From Yuukianura sp. NJ FZ-2021 (Eukaryota): a DNA stretch of 64,000 nucleotides. The stretch lies in assembly GCA_046563655.1 (NCBI GenBank), contig CM102286.1:12028001-12092000 (forward strand), given 5' to 3'. Position numbers and translations under genes: made by a program. The notes below the pieces were generated by a model. The model was not told the origin of the DNA, ran no database searches, and saw only the letters and a list, made by a program, of their open reading frames with translations. How positions within the stretch are numbered: the stretch's first letter is position 1; each line of letters opens with the position of its first letter. Shown here piece after piece: positions 1-12,562 of the stretch.

Positions 1-2860
1 TTTCTTTCTCCGCTTTCTCATATTACCAGCATTAGGGAAGACCCTGGCTTTTTCAAACAAGAAAAAAAAAACTTTCAACTTTCTGCTCGTTTGCTTTTTT
101 AAAAACTTAGAACAGTTTTGGTTCATTCGAGTTTCACTAACGAAACGCCTCACTAGCGACGACTTTACTTCTTAGTCTTTTCTTCACGGGCTTCGCTACT
201 TTTTCTAACAATTTTTTTTACTAAAGTCGGATTCTGAAAATTGGTCCTTTTTCGAAATGACAGAGAAAGACTTTCTTTGTGCAAATGCAAAGTTTAGTTT
301 TGTACACCAATTATTTTTAAGTTCAGGAAAAATTCGAGAAGCATACAACGTATCGCTTTCTGAAAAGAAAAGTGACTTGAAAAAGAATATGAGCTACGCG
401 TTGTTCGAGTTCACCGGGACGCTTGTAATACTCGAGTATTAGCCGGAAAAGCGGGAAAGCATAAATAATATTAGTGTCAACTGCATGGTAGGACATTTAT
501 TATGATCTTGTTCTTGTCTTTAACATGTTTTCCAACCAATACCGTAACATGTCCTCTTCTACTTCAAAACTTGTGGGTCAATGCTCTAAATCTTCCATTT
601 TTGTGACATAAGGGGAGGATTTGAAAACGAAAACTCTAAGAAACAGAAACCCACCCCACTGGGATTCTGTTTGGACATAGAATGAAACATGACCTGCTTT
701 TTCTTTAAAACAAGACGCAAGAAACCTAAACATTTCAATGGTAACTGGACATAAGCTGGTATTTGAAATGAAAACAAAAAAGATGGAACTGTAAATAGCA
801 TTTGAGCAATTTGTAAAGAAGTTAAGATGACGCATGAAACTGCCCAATCGGGCCAAAAAGCAATGTTTTTGGTTTACGTCTGACATGAAAAGTTGATCCA
901 AGGTTTGATTTCGAAATGAACAAAGCGGAGCATCAAATTTTGGAACGAGATGAATGAAATTTGGTTCAAAACTATTATCATACAAATAGCCTCTTGGAAT
1001 CAACAAATGGACAATTTCTGAAATGGGACTCCTCTAACCTCCAATTCTTGATTTAAAGGCATTGTGTTTTTTTTTCTGAATCTGTGCCAAAATCTTTTTC
1101 AAAAACACAAAACAAGAGAGCAAAAGTCAACAAAAAATAGTTTCAAAACAAAATATTAAAAAATAGAAAAAGTGTGTTTCTAAAAATTTTTCTATAAGTT
1201 TTCAACAGAGTCAGAACTTCTAACCGTAACTTATGTTTTTAAGTTTTTGTTTTTGGCTCTAACCAAGTCAAAAGCGCGTGAATTGAAATGAGGAAGTTGA
1301 ATGTAATTTTTTTCTTGCAATTTTGTGTAAAAAAATATTTTGACTGATGATGATTTATTGTTGATTAGAACACTCGATTGTGTTTTCTTACTGCTGAGAT
1401 TCTTCAATTTTAACTTGTTTTGTTTTGATTTGCGGTATTTCACCCTCCAAGTGAATTACAACTTTCAAAAACACTTGTGAAAAAAAAAAGAAGTGATTAC
1501 TCAAATAGAGAACATGGACGGATTCAATTTAAAGATAAAGTCAATTGGAAAACGGAATCGTATAAAACAAACAATTTGTGAAACAGAATATGCCAAAACG
1601 CTACTTTTACAATTTGTGCAAAACCTTTAAAGCTTTGAATGTGAAAACCGAAAAGCCAAATTTTACTAAAACGTCGTGGTTTCAAGTTACCCAATCCAGG
1701 CGTAGGATTCGATACACGATATTGCGGCGTTTCAAATTTCAATTGTAATGATTTAGGAACTTTCAAACCTTAAGGGCATTTAATGTTTCGTATTATTTCC
1801 AAAACTGGAGAAATTTCAGCATAAATGTCGAAAGTTTGACGTCAGTAATTTCAGTATCTAATTTCATTTTAAATTGTAACTTGAGTAAAATAAGTAAATT
1901 GAAAACACGGAAGCTTTTGAAATACAAGGATCGTATTTTTGCAGTGTATAAAAATGTGATATTTTTGCTTTTTAGTACGTGAGTCGTTTCTTTCCACAAA
2001 GTTCTAATGATTTCTTAGCACGGTAACAATTACGATAGGATTGTATTCGCGTTGTATTCATTAGTAATTGTAACCATTCAGTGAAAGTGTAATCCTATAC
2101 TAAAAGCCACCATTTGTTAATGGGACTTTGTCGCTTTTCTTTTTCAAAAGAACTTCTACTGCTCTTTAAGATATAAAGATTCCCAAATGTTTTCCAGAAA
2201 ACTTGGAAACTTTCCACAATTTCAAAGGAGTAAAAGGAATCCAACTTTTGTTCAAATGACACAAAATTATGCGACTTCAGTTTCTAATTCCGTCACATTT
2301 TTTAATTTAGAAAAGAATTTAATGATGTTTTATCTCAATTCAAAAGAATCAATTTAACTTTTGGCCTTTTAAATTAAAAAAAAAACTAATCTTTTGAGTG
2401 CCAAAAAAATTCACTCACGGTTCAAATATCACGGCGACGCTTGGACTTTAACGCTTGTGAGTTTCTTAAGCCCAATTTATACTCGCGGTTTTGCCGGGAA
2501 ATTTCCCTGACAACGAATGGGGAACGCAATTTATACTTTTTTCCCTCAATGGCAAACCGTTTCCTGGGAGACGAGAGGGAAACGGATTTCTTGGGAAAAC
2601 AATTTATGCTTTTCCGCAACTTTGTCTTCTCCTCTCATTTTCCAAAGTTGAACACAATCCTACTTTTTTCCCGGGAAAGGCTGATTATCAGAGATTGACT
2701 GTCTGATTTAGAAAGTTGCCAAGGCGATTTTCTATTTTTTTTTCTCTAGACTAACAACTTCCACACATTTTTCCTCTACCAATTTATACTTTCTCCACGA
2801 CAAAGGTCAAAAGAAGGGGTTCGATTTTGAATGCATACTTGGCCCACGCAGAAAGTGAGT

Positions 2861-2955
2861 TGGAGATCCTGACAACATGGTGAAATTTGGACACGATACT
2901 CCTGGACCCTTTATGTGTATGGTATCCAATTTTCATAATGTTGTCAGGATCTCCA
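2861..2955. repeat. Short palindrome / mini-MITE
   Basis: TGGAGATCCTGACAACAT (2861-2878) is the exact reverse complement of ATGTTGTCAGGATCTCCA (2938-2955); imperfect pairing continues inward. Confidence 0.8.
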
Positions 2956-3094
2956 TGTCAGGTATTTGGGTTCCGAACATGGACACTTTTAACGTCCGAT
3001 GGCCTAAAATCTAGAAAAATTCCCATGGTAGCGATTTTTCGACATCGATTCTGCGTCTCTGAATTGTTGAAAACAAAATGAAATCGCAAAAATT

Positions 3095-3580
3095 AAGAAT
3101 GGTGCAGCAAGTAAAACCTAAAAGTGGAATTTGTGCAGGAGGAAAACGAACAAGTGGAATGTGTGTAGCTGAAAAACCGAAAAGTGGAATTTGTGCAGCA
3201 CAAAAACCAAAAAGTGGTCCGTTGTGCATCTTGAAAGCTAAATATTTTGAAAACGTACAACATCGAAAACCGAAATGTTTGAGAATGTGCAATACAAAAA
3301 ACACAAAAGTAAGCAGGTGCACATTGCCAATAACCCAAAAGGTATCATTCGTGCAGCAAAAATGGAAAAGGTTGGAAGTTTACAATGCACAATTTAAAGT
3401 TTTTGGAATTGTGCAATGTGAAAAACTGAAAACCTGTGTCCGTCAACCAAAAGTTTACGGTGTGCAACCTAAAAACCCGAAGGATGGTAGTTGTGCAACC
3501 CAAAACCCCAAAAAGTGGACTTTGTGCAATGTAAACACCTAAAATGTGGAATTTGTGCAATTTAAAAATACAAGTATCGT
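3095..3580. repeat. Degenerate ~30-bp minisatellite
   Basis: Units such as AAAGTGGAATTTGTGCAGCACAAAAACCAA recur at 30-bp period (3121, 3151, 3181, 3211, ... 3541). Confidence 0.85.
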
Positions 3581-4848
3581 GAAAGTACACACGATGCATG
3601 GGGCCCAGGTATTAACACAACGAGAAGGCGGAATGGGCCCAAAATCAATCAATTCCCGTAGGTGTCCTTTGTGTTTGAAAATCCCAGGGAAATTGCTCAG
3701 GATGAGTTGAGGGAAAAGTATAAATTGGTAAAGGCCAAACAAATTCCCAACGCAACTTTTCCCTGCTTTTGTCCTCGGGAAAAGGAAAAAAAGTATAAAT
3801 TGGGCTTTAAGGAAAAAGAAAAGTCGATGAATGAAAATTGCAACAATTCTTTTTTCTTTTTCTCACCACCCGATTTTTCGGTTTTTTCCACTTTACTTAA
3901 GGGTTTTTAAGCTGTTGAAATTCTTTGAATTGAACCACAAAAGTATCTTGAAGAGAAGGAAGAACTTTGTTCAAATTGAAAAACGTCAGAAATAATTGGA
4001 AATTGAAAACCTTTCCAATTTAGTTCCTCTTCGTGGAGCCACAGAAGATTTCCAAGTGCAAACAAAATGGAGGAAGAAATGGAATAGAATAAAAAAAATC
4101 AACTTCCTTTGATCTCGTTTTTTCTTTCGTTTTCACTTATTTAGGCTTGAAGAAATAATTTTCTACTAAAAATTCTAAAGACTTTATTTCCTTTACTTTC
4201 ACTATTTTCTCATCAAGTTCGTAGAGTTTTTGAGTCTACAAAAATAATTTTGGGCGCCTTCACTTTAATACCGTTTTCACGCCTCCAGGGTTTTTCTGCT
4301 GTTCTTATTCAACGTTTTTTTTTTTAGAAATGAAACACTGGATGACGCCATAACAAATTTCAAATTGCTATTTTTATTTTATTTTTTGAATTTTGAGTTT
4401 TATTTTTTAAAGAGCGATAGCTTCCACCACAGAAGCCAAAAAACGTGTACTAGCAAAAAAAAGAAAAAGAAAACGAACTTTCACGCACATTAAAAAAAAA
4501 TATTTAGTGTGCTCAACTTTTATTTTCGTATTTTGAACAATTTGATTTATATCATTTCAAGTGTTGGAAAAACTTTAACCGCGTTTGGCTAATCCCGGGG
4601 AAGTTTTGGTGTAAAAAAACTTCAGAGTGAAAGTTAATTGATACTAATTTGAAAATAGTGGCGTGTTTTTTCGTTGAAAAAAAGTGAAAATGGAGCACAG
4701 TTGGAATCAAATGAAAATAAATCTGGACAAAAAATTTTTTAGTAGATCTTGAGCTCAAGTCCAGCTCAATCCAAGTCTTGTCTTTCCAAACCTGAGATTA
4801 GAACGTGCCTTGCTGGAAGAAACCTGCACTTGGAACTTATGTGATCAG

Positions 4849-5529
4849 CAGACCTGCCAGAAATATTTCTTATCAATATTTTAAATATTTTCAATATTTG
4901 AGGGTTTTTGGTAAATACAAAATATTTAAGTTTAACTAAATATTTAACTCAATTTTTGCGGCTTTTTTGAAATTTTCATTAAAAATTAGAATAAAAAGTA
5001 GGAATCTGGCACATATTGACTTTAAATGAAAATTTAACACCGATGTGATGCGATTTTTTTTCATTTTCCGGCGCAAAACAAGGTAGCATATGTAGGCCGC
5101 ATTCAGTGACAACTCACAACGGGACTTTTGTATGGTATTTACTCCTGCTTAAATTCAATTTCAAAAGTACATAATAAAATTTAAATTGCATTATGTATTT
5201 TTGAAAGTGTTTTTGAAATACGTATTTAGTATAAATATAAACACAAAGAACGTAGCCAGGATTACACACGCATACACAAATCAACATTTTTGGTAAGACG
5301 ATGGAGCTTATAAAAATTGAGGATATGGAACTATTTGTGCTAACTGAACTGCGGTGTGCAGTACAAACTGTTTTTCTTCAAAGAACAGTATTCGACTACA
5401 TAATTTCCCTCTTTTCTTCAATAAATTTTCTAAAAGTTGATCAATATTTGCGTCAATATTTCAGCAGTTTTGAGTCAATATTTCAATAAATATTCCTTAG
5501 GTTTTTAGAAAATATTTTTGGCAGGTCTG
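4849..5529. mobile_element. hAT-like MITE, 681 bp
   Basis: TIRs CAGACCTGCCAGAAATATTT / AAATATTTTTGGCAGGTCTG; perfect 8-bp direct repeat GTGATCAG at 4841-4848 and 5530-5537. CAG termini with an 8-bp TSD are typical of hAT elements. Confidence 0.88.
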
Positions 5530-7074
5530 GTGATCAGGTGGAAGTGATATTTCACTTGGATTGAAGACGTCCTGTGGAAAGTAAACTAAAGAATCCGTAT
5601 TACACACAAACCTTACCTAAGAATCCAATCGTTCAAGAAACCTAGACATAATAAGAAACCAGTCAAAGGAAAAGCCCACTTTCTCTTTCCAATGAAGATC
5701 AATTTCAAAAGAAACGTCAAACCTAACCCAACGGAAAAGACGAGTTGACCACACAAATTAGATACGTAACGAACAAAACAAACAGAAGTTTCCTCTTTTT
5801 TGGATTTGGAACTTTTCTGGTGGATTTAGTAGAAACCTATGGAATTTAATATTCGTTTGACAGTTGGATTTAATGAAACTTATTACTAAAAAATTCAGAC
5901 TGCGTTTGTTGTTTTGGGTTACAATTTACCAATAATTTTCTGGAAGGTTACAACTTTCAATTATTTTGGCGGACTTGCTATAATGATTGGAAACGAAAAA
6001 TCGATTGTGTATTCAAGGGCTTCTTTGTAGACGGAAAATTGAATAAAACGAACAACATGTTTTTTCTAAACTTATGAAATACTTTCATTTTAAGTTGTGT
6101 CATGTAATATGATTTATGTTTTGAAATAGTTTTTTTTGTAGAATTGGGTTTTCCAAAAAAAAATTCCAACCAGGAACATTACTACACACAAGTAAGGACG
6201 ACTTTTTCGAGCTTTTTTTTCATAAGAATATTATCTAAGGAAAGGAAAGTCCAAAATTCCAAGAATACTTTTGTAAAGTTTTTTTTATGAAGTTTTTTAA
6301 AACTGCTTTTCGCTTTCGCACGTTCTCCAACAATATTTTTCACTAGCCAAACTTCAGTTTCTCACAGAGATTTATGCTTTCGGTGCTTTCTTTTCAAAAC
6401 GGAAAAAAAACTAACCTAAACAAGGTCAAAGTCTATCTCATCATGGTTTCTTTGCAAAAAATGCTTCTCTTTCAGCAGTGTTTTCGTGCCTACTGTTATC
6501 AAGTGATACATTATCACCTCATCAAAACCCCCTTGGCATGCACTTTTCAACAAAAGTTTTGAAAAGTGCCAAAGTAGAGCCATTTTCACGACCGCCTTAT
6601 GTTTGACACCATTATCCGTTTTTTCTTAAAGAAAATCTCGTCTGCTGCACTTATGACATGTTGCCAAAAATATCTCTCCACTTCCAAACTTGCTCAAAAT
6701 TGATTCCCTCATTTTTACCAAAATTACCCTAAAAGATTTTCTGTCAAGCTGTTTTTCAATTTTATAAAACTTGGACAAATGCTGCACAAAAATCGATAGT
6801 TTTTTTTTCCTTTGGTCCTTTTCCTACGTGTCAAAAAAAGGTATAATTTTCCAAAATTGGAAACGAACAGAAAGTGTCAACAAACATCAAAATAATGACT
6901 TCTGTTTGTTAAAAATTGGCAAAAACCAACATGCCACACAATGCTAAGTTATTTAGAGATCAAAATGACTGAAGACTTTTGGATGTGGGCAATACCGAAA
7001 AATAACATTAATGAAATTATATTAGTGTCGAAGCGGAAAATTTGAAGAAAAAATCAACCTTGGTGACCTCACGG

Positions 7075-7309
7075 GGTTACAGTAAGGATTAACGACCCTC
7101 ATTGTAGCCGCACAGTGTAGACACTCGGGGCATATTGTATGCCTACAATAGGCGGCTACACCTTGTGGCAACATGTGTAGCCACCTAAACGTAAACAAGT
7201 CTAGCCTAAAGTGGTCACATAAGTAGCCGCATAGGGTTGCCACCCATTGTATCCGCAGAGTGGCTACACTGCGCGGCTACAGTGATGGCCGTTAAAGCTT
7301 ACCTCAATC
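7075..7309. mobile_element. MITE with ~45-bp imperfect TIRs
   Basis: GTAAGGATTAACGACCCTCATTGTAGCCGCACAGTGTAG pairs with CTACACTGCGCGGCTACAGTGATGGCCGTTAAAGCTTAC; 8-bp direct repeat CCTCACGG at 7067-7074 and 7310-7317; internal GTAGCC/GGCTAC subrepeats. Confidence 0.8.
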
Positions 7310-10300
7310 CCTCACGGACAAAAAATAGTCGAATCTTTCCTTCGAAATTTCGATTCCATTCAAAATAAAGATTTCAGTGAAAGAGAGGAGAAAGACAATT
7401 GATAGCTGAAGAGTCACTTTATTTTTTTAATCCACCCTTTTGTCGCTAACTACAAAAAAAAAGTGAAATTTTGAAAAGTGTGCTTTCACCAAAGGACATA
7501 ATGCTTACAGATGTCTATTGTGAAGTGGTTGTTACACATTGCCGCTGAGACTGAAATCAAAGTAAAGCTGGTACGAAGCTGGTCAACACTTTAGATTTTT
7601 CTCAAAAAGCTTTTCAAAAAAAGTAGTGTTACACGATTTCCTAGCAGCATCCTAAACCACTTAAACTAGTTGAGTAGGAGTGAAACTGATTTGGTTGAAG
7701 TGGTTTACATGTAGAGAGGAGATCCTAAGGCATGTTGTATCCAACCAACAAACTTTGTTTGAACAGCATCAGCGAAGGAAACCCATCAAGTTTATAAAAG
7801 GATTCCATTATAGTAGATACGGATATTGGGTAGACACGTTAAAAAATGTTGACCGGATTGATTTTATTTTGTAAATTGTAAAGTTTGAATACACTTTTTT
7901 GAAAAGTTGTAGTAGTTTCAACATTATTTTGTTAGAAAAGTTTTTAGTTTAGAGCGGGATACAAAGTTTTCTTGAAAGCAACGCTAGAGCTGACGACGGT
8001 TGAAAACCTATGGCGCTCGGTAACAGTATCTGTGTACTGCTGGTGGCGACAGTTCAAAAATTCAAAACTTTTGGTCCAAAAAGTTTTCGGCTCGTCTTTT
8101 CACTTTTAACTTTTTCCTGCTTTCACCACTTTAACTTTACTTTCCCTAACACATAATTAGTAAAAGTAGTTCTTGTACGACTTTCAATTTCCCGCCTTTC
8201 CCAAACTTTACTTTGATAAGGGTACCTCTCACCACACCACAGATTGAAAAACATAGGCCACAAATTATAATTAATTGGAACCTGCTGAGCACAAACTTTC
8301 CCATCAACTTTCCGAATTTGTAGAATTTTTGTAAAACGCAGGAATTTGAAGCTTGCAAACTTTTACAGGGTGTAATTTTTTGCTCTAGAGGTTAAATATT
8401 TTTTCAATTTTTACAAACTTTTAAGCCTTGCGGTGTTTGACTTTTTTGGTTTGGTTTTCCCTCTCCAAATTTTTGGAAAAAGCACGACTGTCGTAATAAA
8501 AAAAAAGGAATGAGTTTTTTTTAAAAAAAAAGAAGTTGGCGGAAATAATATCTTCTGTGACTCTTGGCAGCGACACTAGTCTGCTTCGTATTTCAAGATT
8601 ATGACAATTGTAAAAAAAAAACGGACCAAAAACTGTATCGTTTTGGAGGTATTAAAGTAGCGGCAACATTTAAACATTTCAATTTAATTCAAAACTACTC
8701 AATTTTCAGAAATTTGTTATTTTGTTCTGATTCCTAATTTTTTTTTGTGCAAAATTGAAATTTCTTTGCAAATTTGCCAAAGATCTTTCTCTAGTAACTT
8801 TTGTTACAAAAGTTTTTGGAAATTTAATTTTGTTGTGGATTTCTTATATTGTTTTCAGTTTAAAAAAATTACTGCCGCGTTAAAACTAAGGGGAGTAAAG
8901 AATTGTAAGGCCGCTAATGAGAATTCTTGAAATTAATATATGATGAGCTGGTTTGCTTGTTTGTTCGTGAATGGTAATCAGAATGGGCTGACAGAGCGAC
9001 ATAAGAGCTCATTTCTATTTAGTAGCTTAGCTTATATTTAATAATATTTTCTTTGTTCTAAACAAAATAACTCTGCCATTGTCTTCCGGCAGAAAATAAG
9101 AGGAAGAACGATATGTCAACCACCAAGAATGGCACGAGTATTTGCTTTTTTTTTTCTTTTAAAACAAACGCCAAACCGGTCTGGCCTAGAAAATTACAAG
9201 CCAAAGAAGCCTCCTTAAGAAGAAAACTCGTAGTGGTACTTATGAATTTTTATTTTGTATCTCTCTCAGTTTTTGGAGCCTGTCGCTCTTTTGCGGAAAA
9301 AGCAATTTTCCAAAAATGGGTTGCTTTTTCTTCAGTTTTTCGCCTCCGGCAAAGTAAAAACTCTAAAAACCTAATCCTTGTGTCACTCTATTTTTTCGTT
9401 CTTTCCACAAAATGTTTAGGCTTCACTTCACACAGAGTGAAAGCTCATGTCGGCATATAACTTGTGGTTCTTTAGCATGTTCTGACTGTCTTGTTGATCT
9501 TTATGCTAGATAGGATAGGGTATATAGATCTAAACTTTCGTTTCCAACAGGAAAGAGCAGAAAATAAAAAAAATGTAAATTCATAAGGGAAATCTTAACT
9601 TTTTGGTATGAATGAATAACATAAAAACCAAAGTTCTTAAGTTGCATAAAAACACAAACTAACAAGAAGGAACAGAATAAGAAATGGGCATAATTTATCA
9701 CTTTCGTCTTCCGACTTTTTTGTCCATTTTGACTACACTACAACCTTGGTGTTGAGAAGTGAAAGCAGGAAGGACACGCTTTCTTTGTGGCAAAAAAACT
9801 GTGTGTCAAATGGCGCTTCATTTTTTTTTTTTTGTAGATTTTTTGTTGAAACGTGTTTCTACTCCTTTTTCCCAGTTGGGAACAAGAAAAAGTGAATTTG
9901 ACAATGGATACTCTTGGCCGGGATTTCCCAAAAATTTAGTCAGAATCTTTTCCCTAAAGCAATCCGGAGACCTTGGAGTAGTACCTTCGTCACCATTATG
10001 ATCTTCAATAGGATGCAGTGTCTCCGGGTCCCAAGATGTCCCCGAAGTGTATCCCAAAGTGTGTCAACCCAAATGTCAGACTTCCACTCGTTATCCAAAC
10101 CATGTTTACCTCAAAGACCTCAGCGGATCTGGATGGAACCCAAAGTAGACAGATCTAGAATCTTTAGGATCCATTTTGAATGGAGTTCCATTCTCCATTT
10201 TAGGCGCCAAGGGACATGAGGGAAGGAAACTGAATCAATTCCATTGCTTTCAGACTAAGGCTTTTGGAAGTTCCAAACTAAGTAAATCACCATGTGCTCA

Positions 10301-11921
10301 GAATATCAACAAATAGATTGGAGACAACAGCGGACAGAGAACTGAAACCGAGCTGGGAGGAGAAAGGCTCCTAAACGGATTTCCGCTTTCTTCAAAAAAA
10401 CTTGGAAGTTTACGAAAAAGAATTGGATGTGAACGTGACTTCTCTTCAATTTCCTTGACATTTATAGCATTTATTTACGCTTTGTACAAAATAGGCAAGG
10501 TTATGTCAACTAAAACGATAGATTCTTTTCAACATTGCAGTGCCTTTAGTGCTTTTTAAACTACAAAGAATGAGAAAGAAATTAGCTTGGACAGTCTATA
10601 AATATCAGTTCAACGTGAGGTTCTTACTACAGTTCAAGTTTCAAAAATTTAGACTTTGATATTCTAAGTTTCTCATTTTTTTTTTATAGAATTGTCACTA
10701 TTTTGTGAAACATGCTCATAGTAGCCTCATCTCTTGAAACAAACTGCCGGGCACTAATGCAGTTTTGGTGTGTTTATTAATTTCAGTGGGAAGGAACAAC
10801 ACGGCTCCATTATCTGAGGTTTACCACCAAAACTATTATAATCTCAACTTATTTGAAAATTCACTGCAGAATCCCGTTTTACCAACTTTCACCAAATTCC
10901 GAAACCGCTTTCACCAAAACCACAAAGCCATCTTCTTCAAAAACCATATTAGCGTTTGTCCAAAAACAAACAAAACAGTTGATAGGAATTTAAATGCATC
11001 AATCCATCTATAATTTACCTCGAAAATAGATAAAATTATGAGTTTTTGCCGAAAGATTTCAACGTGGAAACTTTTAGTCGCACAAGATAGAAAGGTCACC
11101 TAACCTGAAAAAGTCACGCAACCTGTCATGCCAGTTAACCTGTCAACTTGACATTCCATGTTTTGTGAAAGCAAAATTGCATTCAACTCTAACCGTCGTC
11201 TGAACTTTCACCCGCGTTATCACAATGATTGCCCAAAAACTTTTGAATCTTGTTTTTCATTTCACTTCTTTCCATTGTTCCAATTCGAATATTATTTTTT
11301 CAAACAAGAAGAAAGAAAACACAAACATTTTCTGTTCAATCTGTATGAAACAAACACAACTACAAATTCCAAACCCTCCAAGTTCCAATTTGTTCAAAGT
11401 TTCACGAAACTTCTACACGTTATTGCCGATGTAGTTTTCGTTACGTTTGTTTACGTTCGGTTATGTGTGGCTTCTAAAACTTTTTTTCTATTAAAAAAAA
11501 AACAGTGGTGCTGCACCGAAACTTAAGTTAGGTTGCCTTTTTTTTATTGGCCAAAGAAGCCTCTAGTTTCCTCCACAATGAAGCTACCAAACGAACATGA
11601 CTTAATCGAATCAAGGAAAGCTTTCTCTTGTGGATAGAAACAGAGCAAAAGAAAAACTAAAATCTTTAGCACCGTGGCTGTTCAAACCCTCTTGCCGTTT
11701 AAAGCTAGATGTCCAAGGACTAATAGAAAAGAACGAGGATTCAATTAAGTTCGAAAAAAGTGGGTCTGGAAAACCAAAAATTTTTATGGCTTTTCCAAAT
11801 CCTAACTTCCAGAAAGTTTTTGTGTCTCTGGTTCTAAAGATCAATGTTCTGTCAATTTAGAATTGATCTAGTGCTTCCAGAACTATTCCGAACACTAAAG
11901 TACTTTAGGGTTGTGTCAGGT

Positions 11922-12562
11922 CGTAGCAACCCATTTGCGCCACTCCAATAAGCGCCACTCCAATATGCGCCACTCAATATGCGCCTAAAAAATATGCGCC
12001 ACCACCCAAAATGCGCCACCATCCAAAATGCGCCACTTTCCATAAGCGCCTAACCAAAAAGCGCCACCGCCCAAAAAGCGCCACCATCCAAAAAGCGCCT
12101 CCAGCTCCAATTAAATACCAGGTATATTTGGTTTCATTTAATTACAAGTTTGAGTTCTCAAACATGCGTAGTTATACACAACCCAGGCGTCTATAGTTTC
12201 CCGCGCCGAAGGCGCGGTGTTAGGTTTTTAAATTCGCAATACTGATTACGTCTAAAGGGTTTAGATTGGGTAGGTTAGGTTTTTTTAAAGTTCGCAATAC
12301 TCATTATTCCTCAAGGGTTTCTGCTTAGGTTTGGTTAGTGTTAGTGGTGGTTTTTAATTGGATCTGGAGGCGCTGTTTGATTGGAGGCGCTTTTTGGCTG
12401 GTGGCGCTTTTTGGTGGAGGCGCTTTTTGGTTAGGCGCTTATGGATAGTGGCGCATTTTGTGTGGTGGCGCATTTTGGATGGTGGCGCATATTTTTTAGG
12501 CGCATATTGGGTGGCGCATATTGAAGTGGCGCTTATTGAAGTGGCGCTTATGACCTGGAACC
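11922..12562. mobile_element. Foldback/Mutator-like non-autonomous element
   Basis: Arms of about 180 bp made of ~16-bp GCGCCA subrepeats (11935-12115) and their reverse complement TGGCGC (12355-12550); 9-bp direct repeat GTGTCAGGT at 11913-11921 and 12563-12571; central TAGGTTAGG motifs. Confidence 0.85.

Larger units (their letters stand above)
2460..3815. mobile_element. Degenerate inverted-repeat-bounded composite element (non-autonomous DNA transposon-like)
   Basis: Left arm has CTTAAGCCCAATTTATACT (~2465) and further CAATTTATACTTT motifs; right arm has the reverse complements GAGGGAAAAGTATAAATTGG (~3710) and AAAGTATAAATTGGGCTTTAAG (~3790). Ends approximate, no TSD identified. Confidence 0.45.

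Noticed and set aside
3095..3580. CRISPR-like periodicity here and at 57270-57780
   Set aside because: Contiguous degenerate tandem units without unique spacers, no cas genes, eukaryotic context.
3011..3599. 154-aa KPKSGIC-repeat ORF and overlapping ORFs
   Set aside because: By-product of a 30-bp minisatellite; no gene context.
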